A stretch of DNA of 64,000 nt, taken from assembly GCA_964016885.1 (NCBI GenBank), contig OZ024757.1:8184001-8248000 (forward strand). The letters are read 5' to 3'. This DNA comes from Eledone cirrhosa (taxonomy: Eukaryota). The position numbers were made by a program, and so were the translations under genes. Positions 35,921 through 49,824 of the stretch are shown piece by piece. Numbering within the stretch: the stretch's first letter is position 1; the number at the start of each line of letters is the position of its first letter. The notes beneath the pieces were generated by a model. That model saw nothing but the letters and a program-made list of their open reading frames with translations. It did no database searches and was not told the DNA's origin.

Positions 35921-38900
35921 AGTTGCATTTATCTTGCTTTATGTTCATACGAGTTATCACCAAGTCACAACCAGTGCCCTCAAGAGACAACAAGGTACGC
36001 CATGTTCAAGAAAGAACATACATACTCACACATGCATCTTTAGTGTTTAGACTTGTGATGTACTTATATTGACAGAATCTTCCTTAGTATATGGGCAGTT
36101 CCCATTAGTACTCTCTTTTGTATTTCTCCTATACGCGGGTTTCCTGGGATTTGCGATAAGTAATCATTAGACCCCTTAGGTATCATTCCGAGAGCGCCTA
36201 CAACTACTGGTATTCTTTTAGTTCTCAATTTCCACATTTTTCCAATTTCTATCTCCAGGTCCTTATACTTGCTCAATTTTTAAAATGTTTTTATAGATAC
36301 ATTCTTGTCTATTGGAACAGACATATCAATTAGCAGGCATACCCTCTTTTTAAAGTCCTTCAATATTATATCAGGTCTATTTGCATCTATTTTTCGGTCT
36401 GTATGGATGCTAAAGTTCCACAAGATTGAGATGTGATCTTTTTCAAGTATGGGAGGTGGTTGATGCTCCCACCAATTCTTTTGATGGGGCAGGTCAAAAT
36501 GCTTACACATTATCCAATGTATGTATTGTGCAGCTCTGTCATGCCTGTTTAGGTATTTGGTTGGAGCTATAGGACTGCACATTGAAATTACATGGTCAAT
36601 GCTCTCTGGTTGTTTTTTGCATACACGGCATAATGGGCTGCACCCATTTTTTTATTATGTTGGCTTGGTAATTTTTTGTTGGCAGACACTGATCTTGTGC
36701 TGATATAATCAGTCCTTCAGTCTCCGATTTCAGTCCAGAGGATGCCAACCACTGATGGGTTAAAGTTTTGTCAACATCAGGATTGTTAGCTCGCTCTGCG
36801 TATTTTCCATATAGAGGCTTTTCTTGCCATTTCTTAGCCAGTTTCTGTAGCAGTTCTTTCTTTGCAGTTACTTTTACCTGCTTTGCTTTTTCTGTGTTTT
36901 CCATTTCACCAGTAAATGGGACTTCTGAAATTTGTAGTCCATTACTGTATCTTTGTGCATCTTTTGTAATGGAATATGATCTTTTAATGCTTTCGTGTTT
37001 CAAAACGAGTTTGATCATCCAATCATGTGATTCCCTTAGATATGTAGATAATCCAATTGTTGCAGTTTTCAACGCAATGTCTAGCTGGATTGACCCACGT
37101 CCTCCTTCTTTCCTAGGGAGGTATATTCTATCTATATCTGCCTTATGGTGATGATTCTGTGCATGGTTAAGAATTTTCGAATTTTTGTATCGAGCCTACG
37201 GATCTCTGTGCTTGACCAGTTGATGACATTGTAACTGTAGGTTACTACTGGTATGGCAAGCGTGTTTATGGCATCGATCCTATTCCTTGCATTCAATTCC
37301 GTTCTTAAGATTGTTCTTACTCTGCGGTAACATTCCTTCCTTATCCTTTCCCACATTGTCGAGTGCTTGATTCCGTCACCTTCACAAACACCTAGATATT
37401 TGTAAGTTTTTTCTTGATCAAGTTCTCTTATCACGTTCCCCCGATCAAGATTAATGTCTGAACTCTTCAGCAGCTTTCCTCTGGTGAACGTTGCTTTGGC
37501 GCATTTATCTAGTCCAAACTCCATTTTAATGTCATCACTGAACTGCTTCACAGTGGATAATAGCCCTTGCAATTGTTCATCATTTTTTGCAAATAGTTTC
37601 AGGTCATCCATGTAGAACAGGTGATTAATGGTTTTGTCATAGACTTTATATCCATGTTTTGTCTCATTGGGCATTTTACTTAATGGTATAAGTGCCATGC
37701 AGAATAAAAGCGGTGATAAAGAGTCACCCTGAAAAATTCCACAATTAATATTAACTTCTCCAGCTTCCAGTGATTTTGTTTCACTATTCAAACGGAGTGG
37801 CGTTTTCCATGTCTTCATACTGAATGACAAAAACCTCCTGACAACGGGTGATATTTTGAAAATCTCTAAACATTTTTCAATCCAACTGTGTGGCAAACTA
37901 TCGAATGCTTTTTTATAATCTATCCAAGCAATCGATAGATTTTTGTGTCTATTATGACAATCTTCCAGTATCATTTTGTTAACCAGAAGCTGATCCTTAC
38001 CGCCATATGAGCCTCGTTTACACCCTTTCTGCTCAATGGGAAATAGGTCATTTATTATCAGGTGGTCATATGTGTATTCAGTTAGGACTGATGTTAAAAT
38101 TGTATACATTGTGGTCAAGCAAGTTATCGGTCTGTAATTTTGGGGATTGTTTGTTTCATCATTCTTCGGAAGGAGGAATGTAATGCCGTTAACTAGCCAT
38201 GATGGTATCTTTTCTGGCTCCTTAACTATTTCATTGTAAAGTTGGGCTAACAGCTCATTAGACTCAGTGAGGGTATTTATCCGAAAGTTTTTTATTTTGT
38301 CTTTTCCTGGGGATTTCCATTTGCTGGTTTTTCTTAGAGCCAAGCGCAACTGTTCAACTGTTATATTTTCCCATATTTGTTCCTCAAGGTGAGCTGTATC
38401 TTTCATTTGTCTGTCTATCCATGGGGCATGTATGTTATGAACTTTTTCTTCGGCCCAGAACTTTTCCCAGAATTCTTGCACTTCCTCCATGGGTGGTATT
38501 GATTTAGCAGTTATTGTTGACTTACCAATTTTTCAGTAGAAGTTTCTTTGGTTGTTTTTGAACATATTATTGTCCTTATAGAATCTAGATCGTTTTTCAA
38601 GGCGCCTGATACGAGCAGCTTTGGCCGACACTTTTTGCTTGATTATTTCTATCAGCATGTCTATGTCACATGTTGATTTTATACTGTACTTTTTTTTCAA
38701 TTTTCTAAGTTTAGTTTGTTTAACATGTTCACCTACTTTATAGTTTGTTAAAATTTCTATGTCAGATCGGAGAAGGTTTATTTGGCGATTGATGTTCTCT
38801 TGCCAAGTATATTTCTTGTGGGAATTCCTTTGTTTTTTCATTTTCACTCCACATAAGTGAGTGGTGACTTTAGCCGATGCATAATAGAGATGATTTAAAT

Positions 38901-39875
38901 CAGTAATGTTTAGTTTGTTTGTGATGATAATGTTTTTGAGAATTATGTTAGTCTTGTGTATTATCTTTTGGTTCTGTTTGGAGTTCTGGATCTTAGGGAG
39001 GGTGTCTCGTTGCCCCATGTCAGATTCTTTCATTTTCATCCATTCGATCATAATTTCATCCTTCAAGTTGGCAAGTTCATTCTCATTCATCTCTTTATCT
39101 TTTACGATCTTATTATTTTCATTTGGAGTATCATCCTGAGCATGCACTCCCTCCACTTTTCGCTCCTTTCTTTAATTTGTTCTGTTGCCAGTGATTCCGC
39201 CCCAACCCTGGGATTCGAAGTGTTACAGTTTACCTCGTTTTCACTGACATATGCTTCATTTTCCCTTCGCTGACTTTGTGCTACTAGCTTGATCTGATCA
39301 ATTTCTATATCAGTTAGTAACTTTTTTCTTACAATATTTCTTCGTATATTGGCTAGTTTGTTACTGTCAATATAGCCTCTGTTTTCGGGATGTTTCTTTT
39401 TTCAGTTGATATATGTTTGTTCTGTATTCGATGTATTTGATGGGTAGTACATGGCAGTGTAGAAAGCCTCAAGGACTTCTTTATTATCTTCCCTTGACCA
39501 TTTTTCTCTCTTTTTCTTTGGATTTCTTGGTGGTGAGCATGGAGGGCCAACAGTAGGAGTATTCCGGTTATGGGAGGTCTCCAGCTCCGAAGTGATGGGA
39601 AGGTTTGAACCATTAGCTGATTTTTCGAACCCAGTCTGGTTCCTCTCTGAGGGACGCGGCCCTTTTTTACCCGGGTGACGGCCGATGCGGTATGAGATTT
39701 TATCATTAGACATTTTCTTTATTTTGTCGCGTTTTATCCTTATCCGCCAAGGGGTAATCATTTCGTGTTACCACTTCTAGAACGAGTGTCAACCAAGACT
39801 AGAGGGGTCGTTCTCCCCTAGAGACATGGCTATTCCCCGCCGGCCGCCATCCCGGTATTTCTTGGTCACGGGGTT

Positions 39876-39909
<34 letters not shown>

Positions 39910-40745
39910 AAATTGTTATTATCATGAGTGGTTCCTTAATGTGAGCATTGCGTGGCTTAAGAATGAAATTATTAATAATTGTCTCCACTCCAGGCACAAG
40001 GCCAGCAATCACCCAGTGCATTACAATAATATAATATACTTTTTGTTGTAGTTGGCTGTTATTGTTGTTGGCTATGCCGGTGGTGGTGCCGGGGCTTTTT
40101 ATATTGTTGGTGAGGAAGGGGTGAGCCAGCAGTCCCATAATTGTTGATGTAGACGTTTGGCCGTGGCAAGGTCACCAAGTCAGTCTATTTATATCTTTTG
40201 CTAGCCTCTCTCTTGTCTAGTGCTACCGTCACCTTCCCTTTTCTCTCTCAAGTTAACAGGGGAATAGTGTCAGTAGCATTGAATGAGTGGTGGCGGCGAT
40301 GATGGATGTGGTGGGGTGGTGGCAGCGGTGGTGTTGTGGTTACTGATATAGTATCTATGAGTTTGTGTTCGTATGTTTAATATATATTTTCATTATATTT
40401 TGTGTTGACATATTCCCGTAAAATTTGAATTAAACATTTTTTAAAATTTGAGACAATAATACTAGTAATTATTATTATGATGCTGGTGAAATTATATTTA
40501 GTGTGATGGGATAGGTAGTGTATCAAGTGTATCAAGTTCCTGGTGTAGGTGAAATTGAAATTGCCGCTGTTCTATATAGTGTAGACAGGGTGTTTTGTTC
40601 CATTTATAACCATTTTCTTTTTTTAATACAAAATATATAATACAAAATTGAATATTTGAGCGATACAACAATATAATATGGATTCGAAACTTTATGGGAC
40701 CTCATTCCGTGCCTTTATGCAACATTTGTGCTAAGAATAGTTCTT
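35920..40745 (-). mobile_element. Dong-B, near full-length degenerate copy (ORF pieces 36064-39761) plus upstream leader
   Basis: N-terminal REKWSREDNKEVLEAFY through RT and RLE with frameshifts; whether 39880-40745 belongs to the same element is inferred. Confidence 0.88.
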
Positions 40746-40765
40746 TCTTATTGTTCTTTCTTCTT

Positions 40766-40825
<60 letters not shown>

Positions 40826-40834
40826 GTTATTGTT

Positions 40835-42549
40835 ATTCCTTGAATCTCAGTCATTGATGTTGGTTAACTGGAAAGTCCGTTGGATTGAATATCAAGCCAC
40901 TACCTGCAGCCTCAGATATTCAGGACGTATCGGAGGGTTCTTGCCGTTCCAAGCAAGCATGCCTTTTGAAGCGTTCCAAAAAGCGTGAAGGGGCCGATTT
41001 TCTTTAACCATCCCTGGAAACCTTTGGAGATAGTCCCCAGTGCGCCTATGACAATCGGGATCACTTTGACTTCATGGCAGTTCCAAATCCTTTTCACCTC
41101 CCACTTTAGGTCCTGGTATCGGTTAATTTTCTCCCTCTCCTTCTCTTGCACTCTCGTGTCGAACGGGCAGGCCACATCCACAATCAGGCACGATCTTTTT
41201 TCTTTGTCCACAACCACCAGGTCAGGTCTATTGTGTTCCAGTTTTTTGTCCGTCTGTATCCTAAAATCCCACAGCACCTTCACCTGACTGTTCTCCATCA
41301 CCGCCTCTGGCCTATGCTCATACCATTTCTCAGAATGTGGTAGATTGTTTACTTTGCACAGGTGCCAGTGGATCACCCTGCCCATCACATCGTGTCTCCA
41401 GCCCTTATAGTGGGTCTGGGCTAGGTGTTTACACTCGGACACAATGTGAGCCACAGTCTCCTCTCTCTCTCCACAGATCCTGCACAGTGGGCTAGCCTCC
41501 TCCTTGTAGATATGGTGCTTCAACCACTTCGTTTTGAGGGCCTGCTCCTGCGCAGCCATTAGCATTCCTTCTGTAGCCTTTTTGAGGTCTCCTCTTCTCA
41601 ACCAGTTCCATGTCTGTGGATCTCTAAATTCAGTTTTCTCAAAGAAGGTACTATGAAGGGATTTTCCCTTAAGGCTGCTCTTCCTCCTTGATGTTATTTC
41701 CTCCTTGGGTATCCCCTGGCCTACTGTCCCCTCCTTCAGTACAGCTCTGAGCATTGGCTCCTTACTATAGGTCACGTATTTGTATAGGTTGTTTTTCTCC
41801 ATCTGAACACTGTCCTCTATGCTGATAAGACCTCTTCCACCCTCAGATCTCCTTAGGTAGAGTCTATCGACATCACTCCTCTTGTGGAACATGTTGTAGA
41901 TAGTCAATAGCTTCCTAGTCTTCCTATCCATTTCTTTTTGTTCAGCAACATTCCATCTCAGAATTCCCGCACTGTACCTAATAATAGACACAGCTCGGGA
42001 ATTTACTGCGCTTATGGCATTTCTGCTGTTCAGATGTGACTTCAATACGCTCCTTACTCTCCGAATGTATTCAGTTCTTAACAATTCCTTCATTTTTTTG
42101 TTCTTTATGCCATCAGCCTCCAGAACGCCCAAATACTTGTATCCTTCCTCAGAGTCAATTTCCTTTATCATCTCACCTGTTGGTATCTGGATCCCGTTAC
42201 TTCTGCTCAACCTACCCCTCCTCATCACAATGACTCCACATTTACCAATACCAAACTGCATACATATATCACTGCTGAAAATACGGACAGTGTCAACAAG
42301 CACATCCAACTCCTTCTCACTTTTCCCGAAGAGCTTAAGATCGTCCATGAAGAGGAGGTGATTGATGGTAAGCTCTCCCCTTCCCAACTTGTATCCTGCT
42401 CTCACTTTTCGCAGCATAATGGTCAAGGGCATCAGGGCAAGGACAAACAACAGAGGGGACAGGCTATCTCCCTGGAAGATACCTCTCTTGATCTTCACGC
42501 TTCCCAAGGATACTCCAGTTGATGTCAACTCTGTCTCCCAGACAGAGTT
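40835..42549 (-). mobile_element. Dong-A, 5'-truncated, intact frame (40912-42528)
   Basis: Nearly identical to copy 31343. Confidence 0.96.
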
Positions 42550-42573
42550 ATTATTATTATTATTGTTATTGTT

Positions 42574-45130
42574 ATTCCTTGAATCTCAGTCATTGATGTT
42601 GGTTAACTGGAAAGTCCGTTGGATTGAATATCAAGCCACTACCTGCAGCCTCAGATATTCAGGACGTATCGGAGGGTTCTTGCCGTTCCAAGCAAGCATG
42701 CCTTTTGAAGCGTTCCGAAAAGCGTGAAGGGGCCGATTTTCTTTAACCATCCCTGGAAACCTTTGGAGATAGTCCCCAGTGCGCCTATGACAATCGGGAT
42801 CACTTTGACTTCATGGCAGTTCCAAATCCTTTTCACCTCCCACTTTAGGTCCTGGTATCGGTTAATTTTCTCCCTCTCCTTCTCTTGCACTCTCGTGTCG
42901 AACGGGCAGGCCACATCCACAATCAGGCACGATCTTTTTTCTTTGTCCACAACCACCAGGTCAGGTCTATTGTGTTCCAGTTTTTTGTCCGTCTGTATCC
43001 TAAAATCCCACAGCACCTTCACCTGATTGTTCTCCATCACCGCCTCTGGCCTATGCTCATACCATTTCTCAGAATGTGGTAGATTGTTTACTTTGCACAG
43101 GTGCCAGTGGATCACCCTGCCCATCACATCGTGTCTCCAGCCCTTATAGTGGGTCTGGGCTAGGTGTTTACACTCGGACACAATGTGAGCCACAGTCTCC
43201 TCTCTCTCTCCACAGATCCTGCACAGTGGGCTAGCCTCCTCCTTGTAGATATGGTGCTTCAACCACTTCGTTTTGAGGGCCTGCTCCTGCGCAGCCATTA
43301 GCATTCCTTCTGTAGCCTTTTTGAGGTCTCCTCTTCTCAACCAGTTCCATGTCTGTGGATCTCTAAATTCAGTTTTCTCAAAGAAGGTACTATGAAGGGA
43401 TTTTCCCTTAAGGCTGCTCTTCCTCCTTGATGTTATTTCCTCCTTGGGTATCCCCTGGCCTACTCTCCCCTCCTTCAGTACAGCTCTGAGCATTGGCTCC
43501 TTACTATAGGTCACGTATTTGTATAGGTTGTTTTTCTCCATCTGAACACAGTCCTCTATGCTGATAAGACCTCTTCCACCCTCAGATCTCCTTAGGTAGA
43601 GTCTATCGACATCACTCCTCTTGTGGAACATGTTGTAGATAGTCAATAGCTTCCTAGTCTTCCTATCCATTTCTTTTTGTTCAGCAACATTCCATCTCAG
43701 AATTCCCGCACTGTACCTAATAATAGACACAGCTCGGGAATTTACTGCGCTTATGGCATTTCTGCTGTTCAGATGTGACTTCAATACGCTCCTTACTCTC
43801 CGAATGTATTCAGTTCTTAACAATTCCTTCATTTTTTTGTTCTTTATGCCATCAGCCTCCAGAACGCCCAAATACTTGTATCCTTCCTCAGAGTCAATTT
43901 CCTTTATCATCTCACCTGTTGGTATCTGGATCCCGTTACTTCTGCTCAACCTACCCCTCCTCATCACAATGACTCCACATTTACCAATACCAAACTGCAT
44001 ACATATATCACTGCTGAAAATACGGACAGTGTCAACAAGCACATCCAACTCCTTCTCACTTTTCCCGAAGAGCTTAAGATCGTCCATGAAGAGGAGGTGA
44101 TTGATGGTAAGCTCTCCCCTTCCCAACTTGTATCCTGCTCTCACTTTTCGCAGCATAATGGTCAAGGGCATCAGGGCAAGGACAAACAACAGAGGGGACA
44201 GGCTATCTCCCTGGAAGATACCTCTCTTGATCTTCACGCTTCCCAAGGATACTCCAGTTGATGTCAACTCTGTCTCCCAGGACCCCATACTCCTGCCCAG
44301 CAACTCTCTGATGTTATCTGCCACCCTGAAGATCTCCAGGCTTTTGGTGATCCAGGAATGAGGCACCATGTCAAATGCCTTTCTGTAGTCTATCCATCCC
44401 ATGGCAAGATCAGTGTGTCTCCTCCTGCAATTCCCCATTACCATCTTATCAATAAGCAACTGGTCCTTTGTACCACGTGACTTCTTTCGGCATCCTTTCT
44501 GTTCGTCCGGCAACAAGTTGTTTGTGTGGAGGTGATGGTAGATTTCCTCAGACACAATGCTCGTCAACAGTTTCCACATTACGGGCAGACATGTGATAGG
44601 TCTATAGTTGGTAACATCATTACCCTTGATTCGGTCTTTCATTATCAGAACTGTGGTACCTTTTGTCAACCACTCTGGCACCTCACCCGACACCAAGCAG
44701 TCATTGAACATGGCCGTCAGCTTCGGGTGGAGGGATGTTAAATGTTTAATCCAATACCCCTGCACACCATCTGGGCCTGGTGATTTCCAGTTGGTTAGTT
44801 TTTTGGCTTGCCCCTTAAGAGTTTCAACTGTGATACTCAAATCAGTCTGTTGCTGTGCCTGCTCACCGATCTCCCTCTGTACTGTCTCAATCCACCCTGC
44901 CTGGGCATTGTGTCTAACATCCTGCTCCCATATTCCTCTCCAGAATGTTTTAGCTTGTTCCGCCCCAGGGATCAAGTCGGTGCCTCTTTCTTTCCCCTCA
45001 AGCTGTCCAAACAGCATCTTCTGGTTGTTGTCGAACATGCGGTTCTGTTTATACTGACTGACTCTGTTCTCGTATCGCCTGATTTTGGCACTCTTTGCTA
45101 CAATGCGTTGCTTCAATTCCTCTATGATAA

Positions 45131-45134
<4 letters not shown>
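42574..45134 (-). mobile_element. Dong-A, 5'-truncated, intact 821-aa frame (42651-45116)
   Basis: Complete RT+CCHC+RLE without disruption. Confidence 0.96.
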
Positions 45135-45191
<57 letters not shown>

Positions 45192-45399
45192 GGCGACCTA
45201 CGTAGTAAATCGTATCATCGTGAGCTCCGCAAAGGTTTGTTATTTCCGTTTGTTAAAAATTGTCATTTATGGAAATTTTTCATTGTTAACTGTTTATAAG
45301 CGCACATACATTGTTTTCCGAAAAGGACACCCAAAAAGATTGGGGCCTTGTGCCCAAAATTTAAACTTTTATTATTATCAAAAAATTTCTTTGAAAAAA

Positions 45400-47390
45400 A
45401 TGGCTAATTCACCTCTGCACCAAGCAGCTGAAAGCCTTCCTCACAAAATAACACCTCACACCGACACCACCATTGTAAATGTTACTACGTTTGCCAACAC
45501 AAAAAAAAATATAAGCACTAGCAATATTTTAAATTTGTCTCAGGCAGACATACATTTCCCGCCATTACCAATGACTGCAGGTGTTAAAGCCTCCACCACC
45601 ACCACCACCACCACCACCACCACCACCACCACCACCGCGACAACCACCACTACCACCACCACCGCGACAACAGAAACAAAAGAAGAAAAAAATAAATTAA
45701 CTCGTGATGTCGAAATGAAATCAAGCAAAATGGACTCTTCCCCACCAAAGACGACTGACGTTACCACCACCACAACTGAAACTAAAATTAATATTAACGA
45801 TAGCAACACCAACAACAATGACATTATAAACCCCCCCCCTCAGTTTCGCCAGAGTAGCAAAACAATTCGAAGCATTTACGGTAACTCAGGAGGATTTAGA
45901 AAATGCATAACAAATGGTAAAGAAAGATGGGTACAGGGTCAACCTCATCCCCCACCTAATAAAATGGAGCATCGGCGCCTATGCACCGTGTCGTATAGAA
46001 CAATAAATGTAAAATCGCGCCGAGTTGAACGGGCATCCGAGTCCCAAATCCAAAAAGCTTTGGGACATGTGTGGGCAAGAAAAACCCACATCAGACGTGG
46101 GCAAAAGTATGGAACAGTGGACGTGTTCTTTGAAACACCAGAGGAGGCTAGAGAACACTCCATGGCCCCATTAAGAAGTGACGACTTCACACTCGTCCCA
46201 AGCTATTGTGGCCAGAGACTCGTAAAGATCAGGGTGACCCACGTTCCACCGGCCATCGAAATTCCCTGGCTAATAGAAGCCAACACAAAGATAATAGCAA
46301 TAGCAAAAGAAAAGCAGGAGAACTGGTGCGGATCTGGGATGGAGCTCCTGATCCAAGCGGACCAAAAAAGCATTGAGGAGATCCCAGAGGTAATAGACCT
46401 CACTGACGGCAGCCACCTCACGGTAATTGGCGAGGGCAGAAGACCTAGGTGTGTCGTTTGTGGTGAAGGAACCCACCTAAGGGCTTTCTGCCCTCAGGCT
46501 AAAAGGTTGAGGCCACCTCTCCAACCCACCCCAGTGACACAACCATCAACACCACCAGTAGCAGAGATGGCAGCAACAACTGTAGCAGCAACAACAGAAG
46601 CAACTATAACAGCAACAACCCCAGCAACAGTAGAAAAACCAACACCACCACCACCACCAGCAAAACCAACACCACCACCACCCAACGCTTCAGAACTAGC
46701 ACCAGCGCCTACACCATCCACCACGCCACAACCAAAACTAACGGCTGTGGAGGATTTTCCACTCCCCGGCCTATCACAACTGGAGACAGATTGTGACGAC
46801 GAGGAGTGGGAAACGTATCCGGAAAAAAAAAAGAAACCAAAAAAGAAAAAATTCTCTTCCTTCCCCCCTCCAAAAACAAAATACAGAGGGAAACAAATAA
46901 ATTAAGAAACAAAAAAGTTAGGACAGATATGCCACCATCCACACCAGCATCACCAACCCCATCAACCCAAACACCAACACCATCACCATCATTAACCCCA
47001 ACACCACCATCACCTACACCACAAAAGTCATCAAAATGCGAAACAGAAACAAACGCACAACAAACGCAAACAAAACAGAACAACCAAAACGATACACACT
47101 ACACAGCATTAAATTTGAACAACAAGCAATTATTACACTACATCTAACACAACACCAGCATCACAGAAAAAGACAACAAAACAACCCCAAAATTCACACC
47201 ACCTCCACACATACAAATCACTCGCATCACACAGAAAACGTACATGACACTAAAACAAAAATTCCCCAAAGACATCGGAGACTTCCGACAAGCACTCTCC
47301 AGGAGGATTTATAAGGACATCCTTCCTGAGGAGGCCACAAGCAGTGAAAAGGATGGAAAAACCGTCCTTCCCCTACGAGAAGTAAGGTAA
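45400..47390 (+). CDS. Tx1 ORF1 (gag-like, CCHC zinc knuckle); frameshifted after ~46830
   Basis: MANSPLHQ start; RCVVCGEGTHLRAFCP knuckle; Thr/Pro-rich linkers; likely true end PLREVR* (Tx1 copy at 51135 has PLRKVR*). Confidence 0.8.
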
Positions 47391-47424
47391 GTGGTCTTTC
47401 CCATCTTTTCCACTCCTTTTCAAC

Positions 47425-49822
47425 ATGACCTCACTCAGAATAGGCAGCATAAATGCGCGTGGCTTGGGGTCGTCATGGAATCAGGGCCACCTGCTCAACG
47501 ACCTCTGGTCACTAAACATAGATGTAGTGGCCATCAGCGAGACCAGAATCTCAGAAGCACAGGCTTTCGCACCGATCTTCGGCGGCTACGATGTGTACGC
47601 ATCTCCAGCCGTCCGGGATCGGGGGGAGGAGTTGCTGTGCTTTTTCGGAGAGGTTTGGATCTTGCCATACGGGCCATCTTCCTGGACACAGAAGGTAAGT
47701 TGGTGGTGCTGGACGTGACCAGCGGAGACGGCCAAGCTTTCAGGTTAGTGGCCGTCTATGCCCCGACAGGAGCAGGGCGGCGTGATTTCTTCCGGCGTCT
47801 GGAGACCTTTCTTGGAACGTCCCGCTCTTTAGTGTTAGTGGGCGACTGGAACGGGATCTTAGATGCACGCTGGGATTGTGTGGGATTAGTGGATAGGGAA
47901 GGAGGGTGCAAGTGTCTCACCAACCTGCTCAGACGTTTTGAACTGTCTGACAGGTACCGAATGGATTTCCCGAATGTACCAATGTGGACTTGCACAAATC
48001 GCATAGGGTCATCCAGATCATATCTAGATAGAGTATTTTGTAGGGAAATAGATAGGTCTAGCATAGGCTGTCCACAATTCAAAATAGTCAGCTACACGGA
48101 CCACGAATTCGTGATCTGTGTGCTTGACTTAGATAGGCTTCATAGGCGAGGACCCGGCTACTGGAAGCTAAACGCGTCCTTACCATCGCGCAAGGCCTAC
48201 AGAGACCGGATTAGCGAACTAGTTAAGCGGGCGTTGACGGAGGCCATCGTCAACATCAAGTGGTGGTTTGCTCTGAAAAGAGCAATTAGAATAGAGTCCA
48301 TTAGGTTTAGTAAGACTTTAGCAATAGAGAAAAATAGAGCAGAGGGAGAATTAGTTAGAAAATTAGATGAGGCGCTTAGCAAAGGCATCGCGACCGACGT
48401 ACTTGCGGCGAAATTGGCCCTTGACCAATTCTTCAATGCAAAGCACGAAGGCTGCGTTGTCAGAGCTAGGGTGCGTGCTCTCAGACACGAGGGGACGAAA
48501 GCCGTTCAATGGGCCCGAGTGGCGGAGGCACGACGTGGCAACAAAGCCACGATCCGGTCTTTGGTGGACCACGACGGGCGCATGCTACTCGATCCCGGGC
48601 AAATGTGTGAAGCTTTTCAGCGACACTTCGCTCAACTGTTCGGGGGCAGTGGCGGGCCGGATCGAGGGATGGACTTTAGTGTCTACCTCGACGGACTGCC
48701 GCGGCTTTCGTCCACTGAGGCGATAACAACCACTGAAGTACGGGATGCAATGACTAGTTGCACAAGGGGTAAATCGCCTGGTTTGGATGGTCTGCCCTAT
48801 GAACTTTACGTACAAATGTCAAACTTGTTCGGAGGCCTTTTGGCGGACGTCTACTGCAACTGGCAACAGAACGGGAGAATTCCCTGCTCTGTGAGCCGAG
48901 GAGCGGTGGCGCTGCTGAGAAAGGATCCGAACAAGGGGGATAACAAAGATATTTTTAGGCCCATAACTCTGCTAAACACAGAGTTCAAGATTTTGGCCAA
49001 GGTGCTAGCAAAGAGGTTGGCGCTTGTCGTTGGTGGTCTGGTGGAAGAGGCACAGACATGCGCCATTCCCGACAGATCCATCCACGACAACCTCCACCTC
49101 ATGCAATACATCGTAGAGAGGGTAGCTAGGGAACCTGGCACGGGTGGGTCTTTGATCAATTTAGATCAGTCGAAAGCCTTCGATAGGGTCGACCATCGTT
49201 ACCTAGAGGCAGTCTTGAGGGCGGCTGGTTTTGGGCCCGTCTTCAGAGGCTGGATCGCTGCCATGCACAACAACATCTGCTCTGTGGTGAGAGTGAACGG
49301 TCACCTTTCGGAACCGTTCAACATCATGCGCTCGGTCCGCCAAGGATGTCCCCTCTCGTCCCTCTTGTACGTATTGACTCTCGAGCCATTACTGCACAAA
49401 CTGGAGACGTTGAGGGGGATCCCGCGCGAACTAGGATGCGGAAGATCCGTGTCAGCATATGCCGACGATGTCACCGTAGGGGTGTCGAACGCCAAACACA
49501 TCGAGGCGATCGGCACTACACTAAGAGAATACGAAGCGGTGACAGGAGCAATGATCAACCAGGAAAAGTCAGTGGGCCTGCAGCTCGGCACCTGGAGAGG
49601 CAGGTCCATGCCGTCCAACAGCGTCGTCGGGCGCTGGACAGACGGACCGGTTAAATTGCTAGGGGTCTGGTTCGGTCCAGACCTCCAGACGGACAAAAAC
49701 TGGGACGAGGTGACGAGCAGGGTGGCTTCTCTCACCCAGAAATGGGCCGAGAGGAAGCTATGCCTGAAAGGTCGAGCGGTGGTGGCTAACGCGTACATCG
49801 CGTCCGTCATCTACTACCGCCT
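47425..49822 (+). CDS. Tx1 ORF2, APE endonuclease + reverse transcriptase (frameshift ~47600-47630; truncated)
   Basis: SINARGL, ISETR, GDWN, YLDRVF, TDH; GKSPGLDGLP, RPITLLN, DQSKAFD, QGCPLS, YADD. Confidence 0.92.
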
Positions 49823-49824
49823 AC

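Larger units (their letters stand above)
45192..49822 (+). mobile_element. Tx1-clade LINE, 5'-complete, 3'-deleted
   Basis: Starts right after (ATT)n; ORF1 and ORF2 present; ends abruptly against Dong-B. Confidence 0.95.

Noticed and set aside
45085-45399. N-terminal extension of the 606-aa ORF as a Dong-Tx1 fusion or signal peptide
   Set aside because: Fortuitous open frame through antisense Dong and (TTA)n; the real ORF1 start is ATG 45400
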